Shown: positions 1 to 11,903, counted from the whole stretch's first letter. The stretch: 63,861 nt of DNA, filler included, from Octopus bimaculoides (GCF_001194135.2; 9 parts of 8 records of this genome joined end to end with filler, not necessarily neighbours in it); one strand, 5' to 3'. Translations and numbers: made by a program. The notes: generated from the letters alone by a model not told the origin.

Positions 1-105
1 ATATATATACATATATATATACATATATATATACATATATATATATATACATATATATATATACATATATATATATACATATATATATATACATATATAT
101 ATATA
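1..105. repeat. (TA)n microsatellite with periodic C interruptions
   Basis: Direct reading: ATATATATATAC-like units from position 1 up to the TA preceding the transposon end at 106. Confidence 0.95.
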
Positions 106-590
106 CAGGGTGTCCCAAAAGTAACTAATGGGTTTCAATTTTTAATAACTTCCTTAATTTTACAAATAATTGCATGGAATGTTGATATAATATAAAAGAC
201 ATAATGGAAATTAATATACACAAGTCAAATTTTGCAACAGCACTACATCACATATGAAAAATAACATCGCTTAAATGGCAACAATTTTCAGCTTCACACA
301 CCCATGCTCTTTCCAAAGCTTGCATCATAACACCCTCAAGAGTTTCAGACCTCTCTGATTTCTCTATTGATATTCTCCTTCAGTTACACTAGGGTCTCTG
401 GTCTATTGATGTAAACCCTCTCTTTCAGATATCTCCACAAGAAAAAATCCAGGCTAGTCAACTCTGGGGTATATGAAGGCCAGTTGACATTGCTGTAGTG
501 GGAGATTATTCTCTCTCCAAATCACTGCTGTAGCAACTGCATTGTTTCTCTTGCGGTATGAGCAGTTGCCCCATCTTGCTGGAAACATAT
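106..590 (-). mobile_element. Tc1/mariner-superfamily relic, DD41D (rosa-type) transposase C-terminal part and one TIR
   Basis: Minus-strand translation FQQDGATAHTARETMQLLQQ*FGERIISHYSNVNWPSYTPELTSLDFFLWRYLKERVYINRPETL, with 41 residues between the second and third catalytic Asp. TA + CAGGGTGTCCCAAAA terminus at 104-120. In-frame stops are present. Confidence 0.85.
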
Positions 591-599
591 GTGAGGTCT

Positions 600-1480
600 A
601 CTCTGAATGGCCTTCACATTCCCCATTCAAAAGATGGATTATTATTTCCTTTCGATCATCTCACCACACATATACCCCCAAATCTATCTCTTCTACTCTC
701 AAATTCACAAGAATACCACCAACGCATACAGACTACGTCACTCCTTTCAATCCCTTTCCACCGTCTATTAATAGGCTTGGCTGCATCCTAAAATATGATA
801 CTACTAACTACCTTTCCCACCCATCCCTTCCTTTTATCTCTGTCCTTGGTTTATCACTCATACCCCCACCACCTATATACTACACACATGCATTCCTTCC
901 TACTCACTAGACCTTTTAACCTCATCCCCCTATTCCTCCTTCACTCTATATGATCATCCCCTCTACCCTGTAAGATCAACTGACCATAAATATACCGCTA
1001 CCATCCTCCACCTCTATCTCTCCTCTATCCCCTTTCACATTCTGTCTTCATGACTTGACCTAATTACCGCTCACTTTTCACTTGACTTGGCCATTCTTCA
1101 AGTAAACAAGCAAAAATCCATCGCAATATGGAATATATGCACCTCTGCTATCTATGCTATATCAACTTTCGCTCCAACATAAATTTCCGGATTATCCCCA
1201 CAAGGATTACTTTACAGAGATTTCCACACGGATATTTACTACTTGATCTTCCCAGAAACAGCTGTAAGACTCTATCCATAAAATACTTCTCCAACCTTAC
1301 CATTGCTCTCTTTATCTTTTTATTTTTATATATTTACATATACACACGCTAATACACGACTTATAATCCCCAATCCTGTTCATACAGCGACTGGGGCAAA
1401 CTAATTGGTATACAGCACTTACTCGGTATTACCTGTATCCTCTTGGGTTTGGTTAAATCCAATACCCTCCTCAACCTTAT
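600..1480 (+). mobile_element. Probable Penelope-like element 3'/pLTR-derived sequence
   Basis: C/T-rich non-coding tract carrying GAAACAGCTGTAAG (1255-1268), the same hammerhead-tail motif found upstream of the PLE at 22399. No RT or endonuclease motifs recognised. Confidence 0.3.
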
Positions 1481-2029
1481 ATATATATATATATATGTAT
1501 ATATACTATACCTATTGCCCATCTGATTAACTCTTTGCTGCTGCTAATACTACTACTACTGCTACTGTGGTAGATAGTAGTAGCTACCATAGCAGCTATA
1601 AAGAACGACTGAAAGAAATAGTGTTGTTGCCTCTCTGATAGTAATTATGGTATGAAGCATGAAAATCGCAACTTGCTTTTATAAGGTAATGCCTCCATAT
1701 AAAAGTGGATATAAGTCAGTAGTGAATAGTATTGCAGGAAAGAATATGGTGACACTGAAGGAGAGAATAATTATAATGGGTTCAGGGTATCCAATGATAA
1801 TGGTAGAGCATGGGGTTGAAGATAGAAGCTGTTATGTACTGTATCTTTTTGCAACATACAGCTATACTAGATGCACCCCAATTTCAGCAGTGCATATTTG
1901 AGAAGGTTTATCTCAAAATGCTGAACCCTATGAAGATGACAGAGAACTGAGATATGTGGCACATTGCTATATTTGTGAAGACCTGTCTACCACAACAGAA
2001 TTGAGATCCTAAAACCAAGGTACTGCATA

Positions 2030-2277
2030 AAAAGCATTGGTGTGGGTGCTGGTTCCACAGAAAAAGCACTGGTGCTGGTGCCTAGTAAAAAGCACCCAGT
2101 ACACTCTGTAAAGTGGTTGGCATTAGGAAGGGCATCCAGCCATAGAAACGAAGCCAAAACAGACTATGGAACCTGGTGCAGCCCCTGGTCTTGCCAGTTC
2201 CCGTCAATCTGTCCACCCCATGCCAGCATGGAAAACTGACATTAAATCATTAAATGTTGATGATGATGATGATGAAA
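2030..2277 (+). mobile_element. 5'-truncated RTE LINE 3' end with (GAT)n tail
   Basis: Shares GGTTGGCATTAGGAAGGGCATCCAGC...CCATGCCAGCATGGAAA and the TGA/GAT tail with the 3' UTR of the RTE at 6474-6815 and the copy at 41641-41968. Confidence 0.75.
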
Positions 2278-2289
2278 GCATGTAATTAA

Positions 2290-2503
2290 CCCTTTAGCAT
2301 TCAGATTGCTCTGTCAAATGTAATGCTTATTCATTTACACTGTTTAAAATAATCGAGCATTATCCTTTAGCTTTAAGATTTTGATGATGTTATGGTTTAT
2401 ATTTATAATGACATTGTTGGTGTGAGAAGCCAGATCTGATAACTTTGAACATAAAACAGGTAGAGTAGTTGGGCCAGATATGGCCGGTTTAGATGCTAAA
2501 GGG
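2290..2503. mobile_element. piggyBac-like MITE (about 214 bp)
   Basis: Perfect 11-bp TIR CCCTTTAGCAT (2290-2300) / ATGCTAAAGGG (2493-2503), TTAA on the left (2286-2289) and TTTAA on the right. Confidence 0.7.
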
Positions 2504-2574
2504 TTTAAGCAACTTGGCATATAGGACAGGGATGGAGGGGTTGAGACATTTTGGGGAGGGGGAGAAAATGTATC

Positions 2575-2960
2575 TTTAAGTGTGGCTGTGTCGTAAGAGG
2601 CTTGCTTCACAGCCACATGTTCTGGGGTTTAGTCTCATTGCACAGCTCCTTGGGCAAGTGTCTCAGGCTGACCAAAGCCTTGTGAGTGGATTTGGTAGAT
2701 GGAATCTGAAAGAAGCCTTTCATATGTATGCATACATACATGTGTGTGTGTCTGTGTTTATCTCCCACCACCACTTGACAATCAGTCTTTGTGTGTTTAT
2801 GTCCCTGTAACTTAGTGGTTTGGCAAAAGAGACTGATAGAATAAGTACCAGGCTTAAAAAGAAAATAAATACTTGGGTCAATTAGTTTAACTAAAATTCT
2901 TCAAGATAGTGCCCCAGCATGGCTGCAGTTTTATGACTGAAACAGATAAAACATTAGAAG
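2575..2960 (+). mobile_element. tRNA-derived SINE, family A
   Basis: Head GTGGCTGTGTCGTAAG, core CCTTGGGCAAGTGTC...GACCAAAGCCTTGTGAGTGGATTTGGTAGA, tail GATAGAATAAGTACCAGG...GTGCCCCAGCATGGC. Repeated at 9343, 20915, 28938, 41360, 50162 and 61775. Confidence 0.8.
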
Positions 2961-3068
2961 ATGTGCCATCAAATGTAGTTATGGTGGTGATAGTTTCTGG
3001 CATTTATATATTTTGAAGATGGTGAAATAGGTTTGGGGTTACTTGTGATCAGGGCTAATGATTTAAAG

Positions 3069-3592
3069 TAGTGGTTGTCAACCTTTTACAGTACAAGTGC
3101 ACTCCTTTCTTGCATTTTGCAAAAGTGAAAGAGAATACTGATTATTTTGACTAAAAAGAAGCTAATTTTGTGCAGAGGTTATTTTCTGATACTAGCAACC
3201 AGCCAGCATGATTCCCATTTTAGATATTTGTATGCACCAGTTCCCCCATGATAAATTTAGATATTTGCATGGACTGGTGCTCCCAATGTTAAAATTTTCT
3301 GGAAATTCCTAAAGAAAGCAAAGACCTTTATGATGAAATTATATTGATACATCATCAGTTATTGTTTACTATCACTGATAACACAATGTTTTATTCCATA
3401 GTCTAATGCTAACTAGATTTTTTTTTTCAATATGCTTAAAATATAAGTTTTGTACCTGGTATAAAATATTTTATTTCTAAGAAAAATAACTATTTCTAAA
3501 CACCTAGTGCCTCCCCTATGGTGCCCTGCTCCTCTTCCTGATGAACTTACAATAGTCCCAAGAGGGGGAAACCACCCAGGTTAAGAACTACA
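3069..3592. mobile_element. Degenerate hAT-like non-autonomous element
   Basis: Ends TAGTGGTTGTCAACC and GGTTAAGAACTACA loosely resemble hAT TIRs; no TSD confirmed. Confidence 0.3.
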
Positions 3593-3787
3593 AGATAAAA
3601 CCAACATATCAGGGATCAAAACATTTAAAAGTAAATTAAATTGCCTAATACTAACTTGAAGTTTTGGTTAATTGGTCACTTTACTTCCATTGGTTTAATG
3701 CATTGGAAAGTTGATATCCATAATCTTTTTCAGGGACTTCAAGGCTAATCACAGAAAGGGAGAAACCTAGAGTGGATTCTTGTTTAA

Positions 3788-4014
3788 CCCTTTGGCATTT
3801 AAGCCAGCCATATCCAGCCCCAAATATTCTACCTGTTTTACTTGCAAATTGACTAAACCCCACCTCTAACATCTACCCTAAAATGTCGTTCTAAAAATAA
3901 ACAATTACATCACTAAACAATTACATGCATTATCACAAGATAATGCATGATTAATTGAAAACATTATGAATAAATAAGCCTTACATTTGACAAAATAATC
4001 TGAATGCTACAGAA
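3788..4014. mobile_element. Second, older copy of the piggyBac-like MITE, opposite orientation
   Basis: TTAA-CCCTTTGGCATTT start; body is a reverse-complement match to 2290-2503; right end degenerate (AATGCTACAGAATTAA). Confidence 0.65.
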
Positions 4015-4104
4015 TTAAACAGGGTAATAGCTTAACTTCACCATTCAAGAACTGTCTGTCTGACAGGTGATCACATGGTATCTGTCTATGAAATATTACT
4101 TTCA

Positions 4105-4312
4105 AATTTTGGCACAAGGCCAGCAACTTTGGGAGAGGTGGTAAATCTTCTACATTGACCCTAGTGCTTGACTGGTGCTTATTTTATCAACTCCATAAAA
4201 TGAAAAGTAAAGATGATCTTGACAAGATTTGAACTCAGAATGTAAAGACAGATGAAATGCCAGTAAGCACACTGCCTGGGCATGCTAACGATTCTGCGAG
4301 CTTGCCGCCTTA
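4105..4312 (+). mobile_element. Short interspersed repeat, family C (SINE/LINE-tail-like)
   Basis: GGCACAAGGCCAGCAA...ATTGACCCTAGT...GATTTGAACTCAGAATGT...GAGCTTGCCGCCTTA. Homologous copies at 33703-33920, 37435-37530 (-), 44145-44220, 49830-50055, 51085-51226 and 61080-61200. Confidence 0.7.
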
Positions 4313-5212
4313 TCTGTCTATGAAATATTGCAAGATTTTGGTTGACCCAAGGTTGTGATAGAAGACGCCCAATGCAGGTAAATTAAACATGGAACCATGT
4401 AGTCGTGGAGTGAACCTTTTAACCTCACAACTATGTCATGACTATAATTATGGAAATAAACAAAGCAGTTATGATGAAATGGCAACATTGGTGAGATTAC
4501 AAGTTGTAATCAAATGGGAAACACCATAGTTTCCAGCATACAAGTTGAATTTTTCAAACCAGAATTTATAGCCAAAAAACAAAAAGGCATGTTGACTTAC
4601 CCTCCAAGATGATTTTGGAGGACCAACATTTCCATATGAGACATTGCAGGATTTGGAAATACTGTGACAGTGTTTGAATGTTTACATTATGTACTACATC
4701 AACTTTGTATGCTGGAAAATAGAGTAACTAGGCTGAGCTCAGTTAATAGCCTCATTTCAATTTACATCTAGAGGAGCAGAAGGGGTTGTTTGAATAAACT
4801 GTCCAAGATAAGAAATTGGCTACAAATTGAAGAATAATGTAGACAAGTAAACCATTGGAAAAAATATTGGCTAGTATCACCAATGATAAAGCAGTAAATT
4901 CTTTATTAAACACCAATTTTACAACTGTGGAACTTAGTTGATGAAATGCCAAAAGAATGTAAAAATTTAATCAAGATCTTTCTAAGTTTTTACAAAAATC
5001 AACATCATCATGGCTATTTTTATTCTTTCTTTTTCATTTCTCCCTCTCCTCCTCTTCCACTTCATTTATCTAAAATACTTTAAGATGAAGATTTATTACT
5101 GAAGAGACCCAACACTAAATTTTGGCAGAATAAACAATTATAGAATAAAATAATGTCTGATATATGCTGATAGCTTTAAGTGTGTGCACGTGCATGTGTG
5201 CGTGTGCTGGCA

Positions 5213-5460
5213 GAGGCATGTGATTTAGTGGTTAGGGTGTTGTTCTCATGATCATAAGATTATGGCTTCGATTACTGAATTGGGTGATGCGTTATATTCT
5301 TGGACAAAACATTTCATCTCATGTTGTTTCACTCCACTCAGCTGACAAAAGATGAGTAATCCCTTGATGGACCACATCCTGTCCAGATGGGGAATATATA
5401 CACAACATAATCTAGGAAACAGGCCTTATGAGCTCTTGGCTTGGGAAGGACCTTTAGTCA
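5213..5460 (+). mobile_element. tRNA-derived SINE, family B
   Basis: A-box-like TGATTTAGTGGTTAGG and B-box-like GCTTCGATTAC; body similar to 8862-9145 and 44270-44525. Confidence 0.7.
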
Positions 5461-5509
5461 TTTTATGTATATATCTTTTATCTTATATATATATATATAT
5501 ATATATATA

Positions 5510-6425
5510 TACTAAGTGATGTACACGGTAATTCCCAGGAAAGCGAGGTTTATCCTTTGGTTCCGTTCTTATAATTGTTTCGTTAATCCAATAACAACAA
5601 TACAAAGTATGTAGCCCTTAAAATGGTTTTTGTGCATTTACAGAGAATACTGAACTGTCTTACATAGGCTCTTGTTTTTAGGAGTTCCCAATAAGTTATG
5701 AATACCCAAATTGTGAAGTCAGTTATGTAATAACATGAAATTAGTTACCCAATAGTAATAAGTCAAATAAAGTAGCCCCAAAAAGGGCTTTAATGCATTC
5801 CAAGAGTATATAGAACTTAGGAGGAAATACTAATAAGGTATGTATACTAAAATTGTGAAGCATGTTACGTAATAACAGGCTAAATCAGATATGAGATANN
5901 NNNNNNNNNNNNNNNNNNNNNNNNNNNNNNNNNNNNNNNNNNNNNNNNNNNNNNNNNNNNNNNNNNNNNNNNNNNNNNNNNNNNNNNNNNNNNNNNNNNN
6001 NNNNNNNNNNNNNNNNNNNNNNNNNNNNNNNNNNNNNNNNNNNNNNNNNNNNNNNNNNNNNNNNNNNNNNNNNNNNNNNNNNNNNNNNNNNNNNNNNNNN
6101 NNNNNNNNNNNNNNNNNNNNNNNNNNNNNNNNNNNNNNNNNNNNNNNNNNNNNNNNNNNNNNNNNNNNNNNNNNNNNNNNNNNNNNNNNNNNNNNNNNNN
6201 NNNNNNNNNNNNNNNNNATATATATATATATATAAGGATCCCTTCCAGGGGCCCTATTATCAGTTATTTTAAACAATCTGAGTATGCCATTAGGTTTCCA
6301 GACATGAGTTCTACTCACATGTCAAGTTTCATCAAAATCCATAAAACAATGTAGGAGGAGTTAGCTAACAACTCTAACAACTCCACAAACACACCCACAG
6401 ACAGAATTTCCCACATGTAGTAGAT
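5510..6425 (+). mobile_element. Possible Helentron-associated (HINE/DINE-like) element spanning an N gap
   Basis: Start ACTAAGTGATGTACACGGTAATTCCCAGG and distal AAGTTTCATCAAAATCC...GTAGGAGGAGTT resemble HINE-type termini as I recall them; interrupted by N 5899-6217. Confidence 0.35.
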
Positions 6426-6473
6426 GTGTGTGTGTATGTATGTGTGTGTGTGTGTGTGTATATATACACACAT

Positions 6474-8830
6474 ATCATCATCATCATTTAGCATCCATTG
6501 TCTATGCTGCCATGGGTTGGACAGTTTGACCAGGGCTGGCAAGCTGGAAGGCTGCACCAGACCCCAATCTGATTTGGCATGGTCTCTACAGTTGGATGTC
6601 CTTCTTAATGCCAACCACTCCAAGACTGTAATGAGTGCTTTTACATACCACTGACACAGGTGCCAGTTGTGTGACACCAGTATCTGCCATGACATGACTG
6701 TGATTTTACTTAGCTTGATGGGTTTTGTTCTCAAGCACAACATAATGCCAAAGGTCTCAGTCATTGCCTCCATGAGGCCCAACACTCAAAAGGAGCTTTT
6801 CATGTGCCACCAGCATCAGCCTCTTTGCCTCCGTGTTAACCTTCCTCTGATATTACTGCACCTCTTATGTGTCCAAAGTTTACACTTAGTACATCTTGTA
6901 GAGTTTCTTCCTACGCCTTTCCTACAGATCAAGCAAGGCCATCTACCTGAAGGGATTTGTGATTTGTCTGCCTTCGTACTTACTAAAACTTTGGTTTTTG
7001 GTTGGTTAACTCTAAAGCCCTTCAATTCTAGACCGTGCTTCTATACCTGGAACTTCTCTAGTTCTGGTATTGATTCAGGTCGTCAGCATAGAGGAGCTCC
7101 CAGGAGCAGCTTGTCTTAAATTCCTCTGTTATTGCCTGGAGGACTAGGATGGACAAGAGGGAGCTGAGCACCAATCCTTGGTTAACCCCAACTTGTACCC
7201 TGAATTCTTCGCTGTACTCATTGCTCACTGGTAACATCCCTGTACATGGCTTGTACAGCTCTCACCGACCACTCGTCTATCTCTAGTTTCCACATTGACC
7301 ACCAGATAAGGGATCGGGGGATCCTGTCAAAGGCTTTCTCCAGGTCAACAAAAGCCAAGTACAAAGGTTTACCTTTAGCTATGTATTTCTCTTGCAGCTG
7401 CCTTACCAGAAATATAGCATCAGTGGTCCTTCTCCCTGGCTTAAAACCAAACTGCATCTCATCTAGGCTAACTCTCTCCCTAATTAGTTGGGCTATGACC
7501 CTCTCCGTAACTTTCACCGCCTGATCCAACAATTTGATATCTCTATAATTATTTCTATCTAAGGCATCACCTTTACCTTTGTAGCAGTTGACTATAGTGC
7601 TGCTACACCAGTCATTAGGTATAACTCCTTCATGAACCACCTGATTTACAACACGGGTGACAAGATCATAACCCACACTGCCAGATATTTTAAGCATCTC
7701 AGCAGTGATTCTTGATGGGCTGGGGGCTTTCCCTGTCTTCATATCCTTTATTGCTTTATCTACCAAGGTACTATCAATTCAGATAGATGGTCCCTCAACT
7801 GGGTCAACATTTGGCAGACTCTCCTCCTCCCATTCATTCTCCATGTTCAGCAGTCTTTCATAATGATATTTCCAAGCCTCTTTCTTTGCAGAATCATTAA
7901 ATGCAACTGCACCATCAAATGCAACTGCACATATGAACACATTTCTCTTTTATAACATCACATTTTCTCTCATATACTGCCTTGCAATCTGAAACACTTC
8001 AAGTCTTTGGTCCTCATGTTGCTGCACAGAGGCAAACTTCTTTTCTGCCTCTCCCCTGGCTAGATATACTCAGCAAACTGTCCCACAGGAATTCCCAGTT
8101 TCCCTCCATGTCGCAAATCTGTAGCTCCTCCTCCCTCTCATCAAATTTCTCAATTAGGATGTCCCTAAATCTCTGACCATATGAAGGGTCCTTAAGCTTC
8201 CAAATCCTTCTTTTCCAGATTAGCCTGCTTCTTGGCATCCTTCTGGCCTGGATTCTAAAGTCACTAATGACCAGTCTATGCTGAGGGGTACATTCCTCAC
8301 CAGGGAGGGTCTTTCTATTTAAGAGAAACCATGTATCCTGCTGTCTGGTGAGAATGTAATCAATCTGGCTAGCACAGTCACCTGATTGGTAGGTTATCAG
8401 GTGGCTAACAGGCTTCCTGAAGTTGGTGTTGCAGATCAATAGGTTATTTGCATCACAGAGCTCCAGTAGTCTTGTTCCCTCTTTGTTTCGGGAACCAATT
8501 CCATTTCCCCCATGTACACCATGGAAGATACCAGGCTGCTGTCCAACATGCCCATTGAAATACCCAGCCACAAAGATGAGAGCATCATCACTCATCTTAG
8601 AGGTAGCCTGCAGAAGAATATGATAAAAGTGGTCCTTCTGTTCATTTAGTAGGCTCACTTGTGGAGCATAGGTAGAGATAATTCTCACTATACTATTTTG
8701 CAACACTAGCCTGAGCTTAAGCACTCTATCGCACACTCTGACTACCTCTGTGACCTTATCCACCGATTTCTCTGCAAGAAGGCCCACACAACCTACCCCA
8801 GAAGATTTGATACCTGTCTTGCCTGTGAGG
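6474..8830 (-). mobile_element. RTE-clade LINE, 5'-truncated and frameshifted (APE endonuclease + RT + Cys/His finger + 3' UTR)
   Basis: APE: ISTYAPQ, GYFNGHVG, SQIDYIL, PQHRLV (ORF 8014-8787). RT: NNYRDIKLL, QFGFKPGRRTTDAIF, FVDLEKAFDRIP (7218-7766), YADD at 7079-7090. Finger CLICRKGVGRNSTRCTKCKLWTHKRC (about 6850-6930). (GAT)n tail at about 6474-6490. Confidence 0.95.
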
Positions 8831-8861
8831 AACCTGGCTGAAGTTCATATATACATATAGT

Positions 8862-9145
8862 GAAGGTGCATGGCTTAGTGGTTAGGTTATTCAGCTCATG
8901 GTCATAAGGTCATGTGTTCATTTCCTGATGACATGTTGTGTCTTTAAGCAAGACACTTTATTTTACGTTGCTCCAGTCCACCCAGCTGGCTCTGTGTCAC
9001 ACCGAATCTCCCTGAGAACTACGTTAGGGGTCTACGTATCTGTAGAGTGCTCAATCACTTACACATGACACATGAATTTCACAAGTAGGCCGTTCCATTG
9101 ATCGGATCAACTGGAACTCTTGTTGTCATAACAAATGGAGTACTA
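8862..9145 (+). mobile_element. tRNA-derived SINE, family B
   Basis: GGTGCATGGCTTAGTGGTTAGG head; same body as 5213 and 44270. Confidence 0.75.
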
Positions 9146-9342
9146 GTATATATATCTTTTATCTTTTACTTGTTTCATTCATTGGACTGAGACCAATTCT
9201 TATTCTATTGGTCTGTCTTGCTGAACTGCTAAGCTATGGCAACATAAACAAACCAATACCAGTTGTCAAGTGGTCAGGGTTGCAAACACAGACCACCACC
9301 TCCAATACATATATATGTGTGTGTATGTATGTATATATTTAG

Positions 9343-9731
9343 GCACAGGCATGGGTTTGTGGTAAGAAGCTTGCTTCCCAACTTCATGATTCAGGGTTCA
9401 GTCCAACTGCATGACACCATTCTTCTTTTATAGCCTTGGGCTGACCAAAGCCTTGTGAGTGGATTTGGTAGCCAGAAACTGAAAGCCTGTTGTATATATG
9501 TATATATTATGTCTATGTGTGTGTGACTTTGTGTCTGTGTTTGTCCCCACTACCACTGCTTGACAGCCTGTGCTGGTGTGCTTAGTGATTCAGCAAAAAA
9601 TACCAATACAATAAGTACCAGGCTTATAAAAAAATAAGTACTGGAGTTGATACATTTGACTAAGAATTCTTCAAAATAGTGCCCCAGCATGGCCACAGTC
9701 TAATGATTGAAACAAGTGAAAAGATAAAAGA
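9343..9731 (+). mobile_element. tRNA-derived SINE, family A
   Basis: GGCACAGGCATGGGTTTGTGGTAAGAAGCTTGCTTCCCAAC head through AAACAAGTGAAAAGATAAAAGAT tail; matches 2575-2960. Confidence 0.85.
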
Positions 9732-11196
9732 TATATGTATGTATGTATGTATGTATATATATATATATATATATAATAAAGTAAAGTTGTGAAATACCGT
9801 ACGAGTGGAAATATATATGAAAGAAGGTTTGACAATGCACTTATTTTAAAGATATTTATTTACTTAACCGGTTTCACTTTTTTAGAAAAAGATTATCAAA
9901 TGTCTTTGAGAATAATAGAAAATGTTAAAAAAACAGTTTGAGTATTAAAATGCATATATACATTCTTTGGTGATAATAAGAGGAATATATTTAAAGTATA
10001 AAGCTTTGTATGAGCTTTGTAGTGTTACATACTGATTATCACACNNNNNNNNNNNNNNNNNNNNNNNNNNNNNNNNNNNNNNNNNNNNNNNNNNNNNNNN
10101 NNNNNNNNNNNNNNNNNNNNNNNNNNNNNNNNNNNNNNNNNNNNNNNNNNNNNNNNNNNNNNNNNNNNNNNNNNNNNNNNNNNNNNNNNNNNNNNNNNNN
10201 NNNNNNNNNNNNNNNNNNNNNNNNNNNNNNNNNNNNNNNNNNNNNNNNNNNNNNNNNNNNNNNNNNNNNNNNNNNNNNNNNNNNNNNNNNNNNNNNNNNN
10301 NNNNNNNNNNNNNNNNNNNNNNNNNNNNNNNNNNNNNNNNNNNNNNNNNNNNNNNNNNNNNNNNNNNNNNNNNNNNNNNNNNNNNNNNNNNNNNNNNNNN
10401 NNNNNNNNNNNNNNNNNNNNNNNNNNNNNNNNNNNNNNNNNNNNNNNNNNNNNNNNNNNNNNNNNNNNNNNNNNNNNNNNNNNNNNNNNNNNNNNNNNNN
10501 NNNNNNNNNNNNNNNNNNNNNNNNNNNNNNNNNNNNNNNNNNNNNNNNNNNNNNNNNNNNNNNNNNNNNNNNNNNNNNNNNNNNNNNNNNNNNNNNNNNN
10601 NNNNNNNNNNNNNNNNNNNNNNNNNNNNNNNNNNNNNNNNNNNNNNNNNNNNNNNNNNNNNNNNNNNNNNNNNNNNNNNNNNNNNNNNNNNNNNNNNNNN
10701 NNNNNNNNNNNNNNNNNNNNNNNNNNNNNNNNNNNNNNNNNNNNNNNNNNNNNNNNNNNNNNNNNNNNNNNNNNNNNNNNNNNNNNNNNNNNNNNNNNNN
10801 NNNNNNNNNNNNNNNNNNNNNNNNNNNNNNNNGGAAAATAATCTTATTCAAAAATACAGACCACAGCTCAACATACTCTAACATAAGCCCCCTCCCCAGG
10901 TGCACACTCAAAACAAAGACACACAGATACGCAAAATCACACACACACAAATACAATGCAAACCTCCAACACGAACACACTTACACTCATATACACACAC
11001 ACACAATCACAATATCTCCACACTAGAACACAAACCCACATACATTTCAAGAAAAAACACATGCATATATACACTTACAATACAATTGTAGCAACCACAA
11101 CCAACACCCATACACACATACGTAAACAGGTACATGCACACACCTACACACCNNNNNNNNNNNNNNNNNNNNNNNNNNNNNNNNNNNNNNNNNNNN

Positions 11197-11208
11197 TTAA
11201 TTAATTAA
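11197..11208. other. Assembly gap spacer TTAATTAATTAA (also 22244, 25584, 37580, 41585, 50465, 52622, 62595)
   Basis: Identical 12-mer always centred between two similar N runs; stops in all six frames; technical, not biological. Confidence 0.95.
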
Positions 11209-11516
11209 NNNNNNNNNNNNNNNNNNNNNNNNNNNNNNNNNNNNNNNNNNNNGATGTTTATATTTCCGAATACTAAGGGAGAAAGGAAACGTTAGGTATT
11301 CACAGAAGTTGTAGATATTAAAGGTTTTAAAGCTGATCGTTTATGTGTTCGAAAACTGTAGGTATGTAAGTTTCTTGACTAATTTTGAGGGAAATTAAAA
11401 ATTCTCACAGGAAACTGTATATATTCCATTCTTTGAGAATTATATTTCAGTTGTCCTGCTGGGTTGTATTAGTGCTTCAGATGCTGAAATATCAGAGCAG
11501 CGAAGAAAACGGCCAT

Positions 11517-11903
11517 TATTATTATTCTCATTATTTTCTTCTAACGCTGGAGAGATACTTCGATGCCAGCTGTTCTCTACCAGTGAACTGAGGTAACACT
11601 CCTTAATTTTCGAGCATCATCCGGAGTATTGGAGCGGTTCCAAGCAGTGTTGTTTTCTGAAAGTGCTCCACTCTTATTGCAGCGCCTATTTGTTCCATGT
11701 ACTTCTCAATGTTTTTACAGGCTGTTCCCAGGGCTCCAACAATTATTGGTACCATTACCACCTTTTTCATCAACCACAACTGCTTAACCCCACCAAGCTA
11801 AGCTCTCATATCTATCGACTTTCCTTTCTTCCCAATCGCATACCTTGTTGTCAGCCGAGTGTGTTATATCTATGATCCAGCATCCTTTGTCTTCTTTCTC
11901 TAT
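11517..11903 (-). mobile_element. R4/Dong-like LINE, restriction-like endonuclease C-terminus plus 3' UTR
   Basis: Minus strand IEKEDKGCWIIDITHSADNKVCDWEERKVDRYESL...VVMVPIIVGALGTACKNIEKYMEQIG...QKTTLLGTAPILRMMLEN* (stop 11603-11605). Confidence 0.85.

Noticed and set aside
3537-3580. Other CTGATGA motifs as hammerheads (3537, 8925, minus 20235, minus 27377, 46273, 46521, minus 52859)
   Set aside because: No compatible stem II plus GAAA plus stem III/NUH arrangement.
5213-5300. tRNA genes at SINE heads (also 8862, 44270)
   Set aside because: A/B-box-like motifs only, no complete cloverleaf, and they continue into repeated SINE bodies.
11197-11208. Recurrent TTAATTAATTAA 12-mer (8 copies in the window)
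   Set aside because: Always centred between N runs with stops in all frames; scaffold gap spacer, not a biological motif.
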